The notes: generated by a model not told the origin, from the letters alone. 64,000 nt of DNA from an uncultured Pirellulales bacterium (GCA_964445985.1 CAYUMU010000009.1:27954-91953); one strand, 5' to 3'; positions 40,342 through 50,090 are shown, counted from the first letter of the stretch. A program made the numbers and translations.

Positions 40342-41589
40342 TTATTTGGACGCTTCAATCCGATAGAGGTGCGTCTTGGTGCGGACGAAGAGCGCATCGC
40401 CCGAAACGGCGGCCGAGGCCATGCAGCCGCCGTCGAGCTTGTTGGTGGCAATCAATTCAAACTCGGGGCCTGATTTGATCACCTTGGTTTCGCCGTCTTC
40501 GTCGAAGAAGTAAACGCGACCTTGCGAGTAGAGCGGCGAGGCCGAAAACTTGCCGCCCAGCCGTTTGGTCCACAACTCTTCGCCCGTTTTGGCGTTCAGG
40601 CCAGCGGCAATACCGTCGTCGTTCACCAGGTAGAGCTCGTCACCCACCAGCAACTGCGAGGGACGCGTGGGCGAGGTGCGCGAGAACTTCCAGGCAATGT
40701 GGCTATCGGTCACGTCGCCGCTGCCGCCCGGCTTAACCGCAAAGGTTTTGATGCCGCCGGCGGCCGTGTTGGCGTAGATCAGGCCGTGGCCATACAGCGG
40801 CCGGGCCGCGGCGTTCATGCCGCCGCTATAGGCCCGCCAGAGTTCTTCGCCCGTGCGAGGATCGTAAGAAACCGTGGCCGAGGCACTAGGGCTAATGAGC
40901 TGCAACTTGCCGTCGATTTCGAACACGGTGGGGGTGCTGTAAGCCTTCTTGATGTCGCCGTTGTCGATCCGGTATTCCAGATCGCGGTCTTTCTTCCAGA
41001 CGGTTTTGCCCGTGGCCTTATCGAGCGCCACCAGGTACTGGAGGTCGAAGCCATCGAAGGTGAGAATCAGCAGGTCTTCCCAAAGGATGGGCGACGAGGC
41101 GGGCGCGCGGTGGTGATCGCAGGGCAAATCCTGGCGAACCCACAGGGGCTTGGCCGTGGCCGTATCGAGGCACGCGGTGCCGTAACTGCCGAAGTGAATG
41201 TACACGCGGCCCTCCTCGATGGCGGGCGTACACGAGGCGTAGCTGTTCATTTCGGGGCAAAAGCCAGGCTCTTTCACGTCGAACAGTTTGAAGTCGTGTA
41301 GAACCTTGCCCGAGGTTTTGTCGACGCAAATGACCGACATTGCATGACCCTCGGGCGTGGCGGTCGTCATCCAGATTTGGTTCCCCCAAATGACCGGCGA
41401 CGACCAGCCTTTGCCGTGGATGGGCGTTTTCCAGGTGACGTTTTCGGTTTCGCTCCAAGTCAGCGGAAGCTTGGCGTCGGCCGCGTGGCCATCGCCGCTG
41501 GGGCCGCGAAACTCGGGCCAGTTCTCGCCAGCTTGAGCGACCGCGAAACAACTCATCAACGCCAGGGCGGGCAGAAATCGTGGAAACAT
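40342..41589 (-). CDS. Secreted PQQ-like (BamB-type) beta-propeller repeat protein
   Basis: Signal peptide, WPEFRGPSGDG start, repeated ..G.v..l...tGk.lW units. Confidence 0.8.
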   Translation of the reverse strand: MFPRFLPALALMSCFAVAQAGENWPEFRGPSGDGHAADAKLPLTWSETENVTWKTPIHGKGWSSPVIWGNQIWMTTATPEGHAMSVICVDKTSGKVLHDFKLFDVKEPGFCPEMNSYASCTPAIEEGRVYIHFGSYGTACLDTATAKPLWVRQDLPCDHHRAPASSPILWEDLLILTFDGFDLQYLVALDKATGKTVWKKDRDLEYRIDNGDIKKAYSTPTVFEIDGKLQLISPSASATVSYDPRTGEELWRAYSGGMNAAARPLYGHGLIYANTAAGGIKTFAVKPGGSGDVTDSHIAWKFSRTSPTRPSQLLVGDELYLVNDDGIAAGLNAKTGEELWTKRLGGKFSASPLYSQGRVYFFDEDGETKVIKSGPEFELIATNKLDGGCMASAAVSGDALFVRTKTHLYRIEASK

Positions 41590-41741
41590 AGGCTTTGGAT
41601 ATGGCTATGGGGCAGGATCGGTTTGAATCGCCATGCGCAGGGAGCGTGGGCGGGGATTGCGAACACAACGACGGGGTGGTTAGTCCACCGCCGCCGTTCA
41701 CCTTACTATATTACCACGATGAATCTCGGGGCGGGAATGGT

Positions 41742-42959
41742 TTACTCGGCCGGTTCGTCGGTTGCCCGCTCGGCGACAAACAACTGGGTGAACTCGCCGT
41801 CGTTCACGTTGAAGTAAATCCGGCGACTGTCGGCGCTGAAGATGGGGTGCGGATGATTGCCTCGCCAGGAGCGGGCGCCGCCGGTTTGGCTGAAGCGATG
41901 AATGATTTCAAAACGATCTTTGCCGCCGCGAAGATCACACACAAAAATGCCCCATTCGCCCGGCTGCCCGCCGAAGGCGTCGAGGCGGCCATCGGTGACC
42001 AGCAACTTGCCGTCGGGGCTAATCGAAGGGTGGCTGCCCGAGGGCTTGGGGATTTCGGGAATATCGGTTCGCTGGCCGCCGTGGTCGGCATCGAACAGCA
42101 TGTTGCCCACTTCCACAATGTGCCGCGAGTCAGGGTGCCAGGCGGGGTGCCCCCATTGTTGCCGCATGAACAAGAACTTCTCCTGGGCCAGGTCATACAC
42201 GAACGTGCCTTTTCGCACGCTGGCCTGCTTGCTGCGGAAATCATTTCCGCCCGAACCGGCCGCCAGCTTGAAAAACAGTCGCTGGCGATTAGGGCTCACA
42301 ACGGGAAAGAACATGGAGATGGCGTTATCGCCGTACATCTCTTTCAACTGCTCACCGTATTTGGCCTGAAGTTGCTCCATTTTGATGACTTGCCGCAACT
42401 CGCCGGTTTCCACATTGGCCAACTCAATACCGCGGTGCGGGCCGGGGTTCCAGTGGCAGCCGTACAGCGGAAGTTCGTCGTCGCTGGGGTTGCCGAAGCC
42501 AATCTGGCGGTCGTGCGCCACCGTGGTTTGCTTGCCTGAGTTCAAATCGACCGTGCAAACCCGCCACTGGTCAGAACGCACTTCGTGATAGGCCACGCGA
42601 CGACCGTTCGAGGTCCACTGTTGGCAAGCGGCGCGATGCGCGTCTTCCGTGGCAATATCTTTCGCGATCAACCGCTCCTTGCCGGTCGCCCGATCTTGCA
42701 CGTAGAGATTGCCCAACTGAGCGTCGGGCGTGGTCGAGCCATAGAAAACCACCTGCGAGCCATCGGGGCTTTCGGGGCAGGTGAGATAATAGCTGTGAAT
42801 GGTATGCCGGCCTGGCACGGTCGATACCGGCCGCACCTGCGCGCCGGTTCGCCAGGCCGAGAGCGGATCGGCGGCGGTAGGATCAGCCGCGGGGCTCCTT
42901 GTCGCAAATGCCAGGCTCGCGGCCGAAATGAGCACAGCGGAGGCGAAGCGAACAGTCAT
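41742..42959 (-). CDS. Secreted TolB-like / oligogalacturonide-lyase-like beta-propeller protein
   Basis: Signal peptide. Motifs SPDGSQVVF, SNGRRVAY, SPDGKLLVTDG, SADSRRIYFN, typical of TolB-type blades. Confidence 0.65.
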   Translation of the reverse strand: MTVRFASAVLISAASLAFATRSPAADPTAADPLSAWRTGAQVRPVSTVPGRHTIHSYYLTCPESPDGSQVVFYGSTTPDAQLGNLYVQDRATGKERLIAKDIATEDAHRAACQQWTSNGRRVAYHEVRSDQWRVCTVDLNSGKQTTVAHDRQIGFGNPSDDELPLYGCHWNPGPHRGIELANVETGELRQVIKMEQLQAKYGEQLKEMYGDNAISMFFPVVSPNRQRLFFKLAAGSGGNDFRSKQASVRKGTFVYDLAQEKFLFMRQQWGHPAWHPDSRHIVEVGNMLFDADHGGQRTDIPEIPKPSGSHPSISPDGKLLVTDGRLDAFGGQPGEWGIFVCDLRGGKDRFEIIHRFSQTGGARSWRGNHPHPIFSADSRRIYFNVNDGEFTQLFVAERATDEPAE

Positions 42960-43258
42960 GGGCGGCGGTTCCTGAAGGGGGGAGAGGCAGGTTTTCCATC
43001 GCGCTTAACGGCCTAACCGCGAAGCGAAACAGAATGGTGGGGGAGCGCAATGCGCGGCGATGCATGCGGATTACCTCTTCTCAATCATACCCGCCACCCG
43101 TTTGGCCATGCCAGCGGATCTTGCCCTGAGAAAACGAAGAACGCCCGCCTCGGAGCGATGTCCGAGGCGGGCTATCCTGCTTCACCCCATCGTTGCTTGT
43201 TACGGTCCCCGTGAACCGTTCTTCCCTTCAATCGCACTGCCAATCGTTTGGCCGGGGG

Positions 43259-43591
43259 TTACCGACCGATGTACAGGCCGAAACCGGGCGTGCGGATGCC
43301 AAAGCCGCTTTGGTACGGGTAATAAGCACGCGGTTGGTAGTAGTTGTAGCCGCCGTAAATACCGCGGTTGTAGTTGTACGACGGATAGTGGTTGTGATGG
43401 TGATGACCATGGTTGTGGTGCCCATGACTGTGATGGCCATGGTTGTGATGCCCACCGTGACCACCATGCCTACCGTGATTGCCATGTCCATGTCCATGTC
43501 CACCGCCACGGTAACCGTCGAACGCTTGGGCCTGGCTGCCGACGAACAGCAACATGGCGACGGCAAACACGCTTAAGAAAATGCGTTTCAT
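43259..43591 (-). CDS. Secreted His/Gly-rich, Tyr/Asn-rich low-complexity protein
   Basis: MKRIFLSVFAVAMLLFVGSQAQA signal peptide, then GGGHGHGHGNHGRHGGHGGHHNHGHHSHGHHNHGHHHHNHY, then YNYNRGIYGGYNYYQPRAYYPYQ. Trimmed to ATG 43591. Confidence 0.65.
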   Translation of the reverse strand: MKRIFLSVFAVAMLLFVGSQAQAFDGYRGGGHGHGHGNHGRHGGHGGHHNHGHHSHGHHNHGHHHHNHYPSYNYNRGIYGGYNYYQPRAYYPYQSGFGIRTPGFGLYIGR

Positions 43592-44013
43592 GATTTCGTT
43601 CCTTTTGGTTTCAATACTTGGGGAGGTTTGCTGTCGGGCGAGTTCCCCTTCAGCACGAGAAACGTAAAACGCAGCCACCATGCCAAAGCCGGCGACGCTG
43701 GCGCTTTCAGCCCGATTCCGCGGTTTCTGCCGCGTTTTTGGCGGTTAGCTTCATTTCAATCCGCCTGCGGTGTTTCCACGACCGCAGGCAAGTGTCGTCG
43801 ATTTGATATCGAGCGCCATCACAATGACTGCGCGCCAAGCGGGGGCTACGTCGCGCGCTCGCTCTCCACACCCTTCTTGTGAGGGGTTTTGTCCTGGCGA
43901 GGCTAAAAGCATCGGCCAGGTGCGTCTTTACAAGTGGGAACGAGAGGGCGAAGTTGGATGTCGCCCCCGCGCCGCCCGTTTCCCCTCCCCCGCAATTCAG
44001 GAAACGCACCTCG

Positions 44014-44139
44014 ATGAAATCGCATCGCGAATACCTCACATTCAACGTGCCCGCCCGGATGGGTTTCGAGAACATCACCCCCCAGGTGGAAGAAATCGTC
44101 AGCAAAAGCGGCGTCCGCGAAGGCCTGGTGCTGGTGAAC
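44014..44139 (+). pseudogene. yjbQ: 5' fragment (codons 1-42) of a yjbQ/UPF0047 gene disrupted by the element
   Basis: [42 protein letters not shown] aligns to residues 1-42 of the intact copy at 51604..52026. Homology stops exactly at 44139. Confidence 0.85.
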
Positions 44140-45805
44140 CCGACGACGAATGCACCTCACACCGATTTCCGTCGAGGGGGGTGAGCCCGTGAACCTCGAT
44201 TGCCCATCGCTTGGCCCGATGATTCTTCTGGCCGGCAATCGGGAAGACATAAACTCCGCAGGGGCGACTGTCGGGCAGGCTCCCGTCGAACACTCGGTCA
44301 ATTAGCCCCTTCTTGTCTTCGTCCGACATTTCTTCGATGTAATGGCTCGCCAGTCGAATTGTCGCTGCCAGCCTGGTCTTTTTTCGCTTGAGGACTTTTG
44401 TATCTCCGTCCGTCCACTGGGACAGCCAGTTGGCCGTCACGAGGGCCTGTTCCTTAATTGCATCAGCATCGGGAAGGTGGGAGACGGAATCACTCAGCTT
44501 ATCCCGATCATCCAGCAGTTTGGCCTCCCGGGCTTTCAACTCGCCCAGTTTCTGTTCGGCCTGCTCATCACTGATGGCGTCCCGTTCGATCAAGTTGAGG
44601 ATGCGATTCCTCGCTTTCTCGATTTTGCCAATCTCGATACTCACGTCGGCAATTCGCTTCCTGGCCTCTACGACCTTCTTGGAATTGGGTTGAGCCTCGC
44701 GAATGGCTTTTTCAATCGCGATCGGATTGCCGAAGGTCTCAAACAACAACTCCAATACAGTCGCCTCTAGTTGATCTGCCCGAACCCAGGGCCGGGGCTT
44801 TATGCCGCACTCTCGGCAGCGACTGCTGTGAGCGTGACGATAGTAATGGAGTTTGCAGTGGTTTGTTTGGCCAAACATTCCATAGCCGCACTTTCCACAA
44901 AACACTCGGCCCGATAACAAATAGTCGTGTTTGGGTTTGCCATGCAGATAGGTCTTGTTTGCTTGGCAACGCTTCCGAATCGCCTTGATCGTTACCTCAG
45001 GAAGCAATCGAGGGATGATATGAGGCACCACTTCCTCGATATTCAAGTCGCTGATGGTGAAACTCTCCTCCCATTGAGTTCCGCAACGCTGCATCAGCGT
45101 CTTGTGTAAGTTTGTGTGGTTGATGCCATATTCCGGGGCAAGATTGGCCAGCGACTCCCCCTGTAAATAGCGATGGGCACAATCCTCGACCATCGCCTTC
45201 TTTTCGGGAATCACATTCCATTTGCCGGTCTCTTTGTCGAATTGGCGACCGAAGGGCATCTTTCCACTGGTCGGTATGCCCCGTTTGGCTCTCTCGATGC
45301 GATTCAAGATGGACTTCTGCTTTTGGGTATTTGCCTGGAAAGCGTTGATCGTGGAAGCAATCGACAAGAAAAATCTTGCTTGAGGATCGAACAGATCGTA
45401 TTCGGTCGTCAGCACGAAAAATCGAATGCCGTTGTCTCGGAGGATGTCGAGCCCAGTTTCATTCGCGACATTATCGCGGCTCCATCGTGACGGATCGGCC
45501 ACGATAACGGCGTCGAAAGGCTTTCTTGCTTTCCTGGCATCGGCTAACAATGCATTGAGCTGTTCACGCTCCCAACCCGATGTTGCGTGTTCCTGCCCTG
45601 CATACTTCGTTGCGTGTTCCTGCCCTGCATACTTCTTAGTGATCTGTCCTTCAAGAGAAGCGACGGCCTGCCCAATTTGTTTATCCTGAGTGCGAAGCGA
45701 CTCCCCCTGCTTTTCCTGTTTCTCCGTCGAGACTCGAATTAGAGCAGCGAACCGAAGGGGCTTATTGGAGTCTTGGCCATTCAAGCCAGAGTCTTGTTTG
45801 GGCAT
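44099..45805 (-). CDS. Large serine recombinase (integrase)
   Basis: [14 protein letters not shown] catalytic motif, [12 protein letters not shown], recombinase domain, zinc ribbon [15 protein letters not shown], coiled coil. The last ~13 codons read across attL into antisense yjbQ. Confidence 0.9.
   Translation of the reverse strand: MPKQDSGLNGQDSNKPLRFAALIRVSTEKQEKQGESLRTQDKQIGQAVASLEGQITKKYAGQEHATKYAGQEHATSGWEREQLNALLADARKARKPFDAVIVADPSRWSRDNVANETGLDILRDNGIRFFVLTTEYDLFDPQARFFLSIASTINAFQANTQKQKSILNRIERAKRGIPTSGKMPFGRQFDKETGKWNVIPEKKAMVEDCAHRYLQGESLANLAPEYGINHTNLHKTLMQRCGTQWEESFTISDLNIEEVVPHIIPRLLPEVTIKAIRKRCQANKTYLHGKPKHDYLLSGRVFCGKCGYGMFGQTNHCKLHYYRHAHSSRCRECGIKPRPWVRADQLEATVLELLFETFGNPIAIEKAIREAQPNSKKVVEARKRIADVSIEIGKIEKARNRILNLIERDAISDEQAEQKLGELKAREAKLLDDRDKLSDSVSHLPDADAIKEQALVTANWLSQWTDGDTKVLKRKKTRLAATIRLASHYIEEMSDEDKKGLIDRVFDGSLPDSRPCGVYVFPIAGQKNHRAKRWAIEVHGLTPLDGNRCEVHSSSGSPAPGLRGRRFC
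44131..44162. repeat. attL: 9-bp direct repeat CTGGTGAAC (44131-44139) plus left terminal inverted repeat CGAATGCACCTCACAC (44147-44162)
   Basis: The same 9-mer occurs at 53851-53859. The IR matches the reverse complement of 53833-53848 at 15/16 positions. Confidence 0.75.
45582..45635. repeat. Perfect 27-nt tandem duplication inside the integrase catalytic domain
   Basis: gttgcgtgttcctgccctgcatacttc x2, giving [18 protein letters not shown] just before the conserved SG..R segment. Confidence 0.9.
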
Positions 45806-46019
45806 AGTTTCCTTAACCTATCCCTTGACCTGCGAGGAAGAAATAAAGGGGGCGGCTGACCAATCCGGTCAAGGAGAAGATGGTCCTGCTTAGGAGGCCA
45901 ATCCCGAGCAGTGCCGCCCGAACTCGATCTTAGCGCCGGGGGGGCTTTATGGCACGGGTTGCACCGATTTGAACCCGCCCCACCGGCTCAAGACTCGAAG
46001 TTAAGAGGTTTGCCTGCGA

Positions 46020-46373
46020 TCAGTACATTCGCGGCAATTCCAGAACCTCCTCATCGTGGGGAACGCTTTTGCCGGCCCCTTGATTGCGAATGGGCTCCCG
46101 TTCAAAGTTCATTACGGGGAGCGGCAGGGGCGACTCATCCCCCGAAGCATTCTCGACGAGGGCTTGCGAATCGGGATTGCGAATGGACTCCCGTTCAAAG
46201 TTCATTACGGGGAGCGGCAGGGGCGAGTCATCGCCAGTTTGGTTTGCAGGAGTACGTCTTGTGGCTCCCTGTGCTCCCTGGTAACTGCTTCTGCTCGTGT
46301 TGCGATTGATGCTGCCGCCGTCGTCGGCACCCAGGATGCCGCAATTGTGGACCATGATTAGCTGATGCGTCAT
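46020..46373 (-). CDS. Hypothetical protein with an internal 31-residue repeat
   Basis: GD(D/E)SPLPLPVMNFERE(S/P)IRN occurs twice. Same strand as the flanking element genes. Confidence 0.4.
   Translation of the reverse strand: MTHQLIMVHNCGILGADDGGSINRNTSRSSYQGAQGATRRTPANQTGDDSPLPLPVMNFERESIRNPDSQALVENASGDESPLPLPVMNFEREPIRNQGAGKSVPHDEEVLELPRMY
46082..46232. repeat. Two 58-nt direct repeats (56/58 identical), 93-nt period
   Basis: gattgcgaatgg[g/a]ctcccgttcaaagttcattacggggagcggcaggggcga[c/g]tcatc at 46082-46139 and 46175-46232. Confidence 0.9.
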
Positions 46374-46431
46374 TGGATTGTCCTTAGTTTGAGATTGAAA
46401 AAGTTGGGGTCGCTGTGTTGCGGTGCTACTC

Positions 46432-46983
46432 TCAGACCTGGAAGCGTTCGATCATTGCTTTCGCTTCCTCCAACTCCTGTTGGCGTTCCTTTTCCCAAGC
46501 GACTTCTTCTCGGCTTTTGCGGGGTGTTATCGCCCGCTCAGCCTTTTTGACGTCCGCTTTGATTGCATGAACGGCATCGGCTAGAGCTTTCAGTTTCTTC
46601 TCTTCCGCAGCCGTCGGCGTGCGACCGTGCTTAACTTGCATCAAGAGAGTTTGCCGATATTCGTCAAACTCAGGAATGGCTCGATCGAGCCGAATCTGGT
46701 GGTATCTGACGATGTTGCACAGTCGCCGGTGTTCGTCGATCCTGCGGCCACACCCCATATAGGGCCATCGTGGGTGTACAAGAGGATCGCGTTCGCAGGT
46801 CGCCCCGTCGGGAAAATATCCTGTGCCGTTCTGAAATAAGGCAAAGCCCCCGTGCAGTTCGTTCCATCGCTCCCAGATCGACTTCGCATCGTGCCAATTT
46901 GGGTGCCCCAACTTCTCCCCTCGTTGTTTCAGATCCTGCTCGCGGCGTAAGGTTTCGTGTCGGTCAATTTCGATCCTATGCAT
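46432..46983 (-). CDS. Hypothetical protein (element-borne)
   Basis: 183 aa from ATG 46983 (MHRIEIDRHETL..), charged helical C-terminus. Immediately downstream of the terminase large subunit. Confidence 0.55.
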   Translation of the reverse strand: MHRIEIDRHETLRREQDLKQRGEKLGHPNWHDAKSIWERWNELHGGFALFQNGTGYFPDGATCERDPLVHPRWPYMGCGRRIDEHRRLCNIVRYHQIRLDRAIPEFDEYRQTLLMQVKHGRTPTAAEEKKLKALADAVHAIKADVKKAERAITPRKSREEVAWEKERQQELEEAKAMIERFQV

Positions 46984-47005
46984 TTTTGAACTCCTTTCAA
47001 TATGT

Positions 47006-48403
47006 TCACAATGCTCCGACGCATATTTTTGAAATAGAAACAATTCTTGCGACGCCAGCCAAAGCGTTGGCCAGATCGTCGTGGCCACCGGGAGGATGGT
47101 CGATCACGTCTCGCCCACCGCTGCGAGTGCGTCGCTCCAAACTCGCTAGCTGGGTGATTAGTGTTTCGTTGTCGAGCAGTTCCACCTGACCCGAGCACAA
47201 TTGGGGCAGTAGCTCCAAATAGAGTTGGCTCTTGGGCTGCTCGGCTTTCCTGAACTGAACGCCCCGCTTCTTGAATGACGCGACGACAAACTCGGCGGCG
47301 TAGTTGTCGCCTGTGACCCGATGGAGCCCGAACTTTTGCAGCACCTGGCAGCAGTCGCCGATAACATCGTCGGGGCTGAAGGGCGGCTTCCAGCGATGCA
47401 GCAGATCGACGACCACAACCCTGTCGCGATGGGCAATGGCCAGGGCAGCATCGTCGTGTCGGCCCCCGCTCATATCGACGAAGGCGGAATAGTTGGTTTT
47501 TGGACGGGGCGACAATTCTTGCCTGCCTTTGACGACATACTGCTCGACGACTTCCCGCGTTAGGAAGGTTTCGATGTCATCCCGAAATTCGCCCCCATAT
47601 TCGCTACGGGCGGCAGATGGATCGTCGGCATAGGCATCGTCGATGATCTTCTGGGACAGGGTTGGATTCATCGCCCTGCTGGGCGTATTCCAGACCAGGC
47701 ACTGCCTCGCACCCTGCTCTCGTGATCGTTTGAATTGTCGCCAGCACCATCCCTTGCGGGCATAGGGCGTCGTAATCGCGATCAGCCGACCTCCCACGCT
47801 CGACAACCCAGGGGCGATGGCCTGGATTAGAGCAGAGTCGGACTTGATGCGGCTGCTCTCGTCGAGCCCGAAGAAGGCGGCTTCGTCGACAATCGCGGCA
47901 ATTAGCGTATAACCCCGGATTGATCGCCAATCACCTGCCAGTATTTCAATGCGATTGCCATTCCGTAGCTCGAAGCCCTCGACAGTTTCTCGGGCGACTT
48001 CACCGGACAGGATTGGAGTCGAGTTGAATACCGCCCGACAATAGTCCCTGACAATCCGCCCCTGTGGCTTTGTGGGAGCGATGATCGGCACCACCCCTTT
48101 CTCGCCGGCAGAAAGCTTGGCTTCGTGTCCAGCGAGAATGGCTTCGTAAGCAGCGATGATGGCCGCTATCCGGCTTTTCCCAGAACGTCGCCCTGTAAGA
48201 AACAATGCTTGGGAGTATCCGTCGGGCGGCAATTTCGAGGGGTCGAGGGCAGCAGCGGTTTGGATGAGTGCTTTGTCGGCAGATTTGATGGGCAGTCCAT
48301 AGAGGGCCGAAAGTGCAGCCCTCCAGGGTCGCCATGATTTGAGACTGGCTCCCAGGAATGGGCGAAACAACTGGTCGTCGGAAATGGCTTGAAGAATGTT
48401 CAT
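47006..48403 (-). CDS. Phage terminase large subunit-like ATPase/nuclease
   Basis: Walker A GRRSGKS, Walker B LIAAIVDEAAF, coupling motif ITTPY. RNase H-like nuclease half with FVDMSGG, TGDNY, HPPGGHDDLANA. Confidence 0.8.
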   Translation of the reverse strand: MNILQAISDDQLFRPFLGASLKSWRPWRAALSALYGLPIKSADKALIQTAAALDPSKLPPDGYSQALFLTGRRSGKSRIAAIIAAYEAILAGHEAKLSAGEKGVVPIIAPTKPQGRIVRDYCRAVFNSTPILSGEVARETVEGFELRNGNRIEILAGDWRSIRGYTLIAAIVDEAAFFGLDESSRIKSDSALIQAIAPGLSSVGGRLIAITTPYARKGWCWRQFKRSREQGARQCLVWNTPSRAMNPTLSQKIIDDAYADDPSAARSEYGGEFRDDIETFLTREVVEQYVVKGRQELSPRPKTNYSAFVDMSGGRHDDAALAIAHRDRVVVVDLLHRWKPPFSPDDVIGDCCQVLQKFGLHRVTGDNYAAEFVVASFKKRGVQFRKAEQPKSQLYLELLPQLCSGQVELLDNETLITQLASLERRTRSGGRDVIDHPPGGHDDLANALAGVARIVSISKICVGAL

Positions 48404-48792
48404 TTGCTGCCGCTCCGAACATAGTCATTCAAGTTGACCGTCGGCGTCTGGCGTTCTAGTCCCAGCATCTTTGCCAGACCTACCAGGCTATTGGTCGCTT
48501 GCACCCAGCGACCGATGAGTTCGGCGGATTCCTTACTGGACTGTGCGTCTGCTAAGAACTGTTCGATTCCTTGCAGGACGTATTCCAGCCAAAGGAATCT
48601 TTCGACGAGTGCCAGTTTGACATGCGAAATGTCATCGCCGCCCAAGTCTGAAATAACAGCGTCGTATCGTGATCGCAACACCTTGGCGATTTCCAGCCGA
48701 CCATCAAGCTTGGCAAGAAAGCCTGGCTCATATCGCTTGGGAGGTGTGCGGAGTCTGGAATTGCTAGTTCGATGGGATGAAGGCTTAGGCAT
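48400..48792 (-). CDS. Putative terminase small subunit (assigned by position)
   Basis: 130 aa from ATG 48792. Its stop overlaps the TerL start by 4 nt (ATGA). Helical protein with a basic N-terminus. Confidence 0.45.
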   Translation of the reverse strand: MPKPSSHRTSNSRLRTPPKRYEPGFLAKLDGRLEIAKVLRSRYDAVISDLGGDDISHVKLALVERFLWLEYVLQGIEQFLADAQSSKESAELIGRWVQATNSLVGLAKMLGLERQTPTVNLNDYVRSGSK

Positions 48793-49004
48793 AGATAGTT
48801 CCCAGGAAAAAAGGATCACCCCAAAAAAAGGATCACCCGGAGTGACGAGAGGAGTACACGTCACTCCCTTTCATCTATACCCGTGACAGAATTAGAATCA
48901 CTAGGGTTTTTTCGGGGGAACTATCTTCTATTTTCACAGAGGCTTTTCAGAGGGAATCGCACCCTACGCTCGATCTATTTCAGGGGGTACTCAGGCACCA
49001 GGAG

Positions 49005-49640
49005 CTATTTTTTACGTTTGCGAGACTTTGGTTGCATATCGGTCGCAAGCACCGACTGAATGGTGGGCCGTGATAGCCCGACAGCTCTGGCAATCTTGGC
49101 TTTGGCAACTCCATCAGCGGCCATTTGGCGAATGATCTTGTCCTGCTCGACGGTCACTGTCTTACGCACCCCGGCTTTGCTCCCTCCCCACGATCGGCCT
49201 TTCTCTCTGGCTGCTGCAATGCCCGCTGCTTGCCGCTCCCGGCGGGTCTCTTGTTCCATTTCAGCGATGCCCAGCAGAACGGCGGCAAGCATCTTGCCTG
49301 TGGCCCCATTGAAGTCGATTTGCTGGGTCACCGAGACAACCCGCAGCCCTTTGTCGCACCAATCGCAAAGGACATTGATGCCGTCCCTCAGGCTTCGCGA
49401 GAGTCGATCAAGTCGCCAAACAACGATGGCCTCGACCTCACCGTTGAAGATGGCCTTCTGCAACTTCTCGAATTGAGGGCGGGCGAGGTTATCCCCGCTG
49501 GACTTGTCGATCAGCCAGAGGGGGTTGTCGATTGCATGGCCCTCCACCCATCGCTCGATGTCCCGCACCTGGCCTGCTTCGTTCTGACCGACCGTTGAAA
49601 CCCGCACATAGCAGGCCGTTCGCTTGGCTTTCTTTCCCAT
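49005..49640 (-). CDS. Small serine recombinase (resolvase/invertase) with C-terminal HTH
   Basis: TACYVRVSTVGQNEAGQ, IVVWRLDRLSRSLRD, C-terminal AKIARAVGLSRPTIQSVL. Trimmed to ATG 49640. Confidence 0.9.
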   Translation of the reverse strand: MGKKAKRTACYVRVSTVGQNEAGQVRDIERWVEGHAIDNPLWLIDKSSGDNLARPQFEKLQKAIFNGEVEAIVVWRLDRLSRSLRDGINVLCDWCDKGLRVVSVTQQIDFNGATGKMLAAVLLGIAEMEQETRRERQAAGIAAAREKGRSWGGSKAGVRKTVTVEQDKIIRQMAADGVAKAKIARAVGLSRPTIQSVLATDMQPKSRKRKK

Positions 49641-50090
49641 TGATCTTCTCCTGCGATTCTCGAAAGACGTTGATATTCCCCAGCCTTCGCAGGGCCGAGG
49701 GCTGGGCCGGGGGATGATCTTATCCACGCCCCCGCGAGTCGGTCACGAATGAATTACACCTGAAACTTTGCGTTTTCGAGGGGGTCCGAATTGATCGGAA
49801 TCGGGGCGAATCGAGGGGAAGCAGGGCGGGGGGATGATCCTTGACCGATTGGCCCGATTCAGGGCTCGGGCATCGCTTCTGAACGCTTCCCAGACCCTTG
49901 GGGGTTTCGGGGTCGATCGGGAATCAGGGATCGCAGGAGAAGCGATCCCCGAAGCTCTCCGAGGGGGAAGGATCGATCGCGATGGCCCCAAGTTCAGCGA
50001 AGTGCCCGTGCGCCAGGGGGCGAAGTCGGCGACCCTATTCCCCAGACAGGGACATTTGCCGATTCTCGACCTTGAACGAAGGAGGAACCA

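Noticed and set aside
43193-43576. Plus-strand ORFs encoding poly-Val/Thr/Met runs (43193..43576 and 43060..43593).
   Set aside because: They are mirror-frame artefacts of the His/Gly-rich repeat. The minus-strand reading has a proper signal peptide and start context.
46082-46232. Possible CRISPR array or other repeat-spacer structure in the window.
   Set aside because: Only two copies of the 58-nt repeat are present, both inside an ORF, and no cas genes are present. The heptad arrays have no spacers. I see no CRISPR array in this window.
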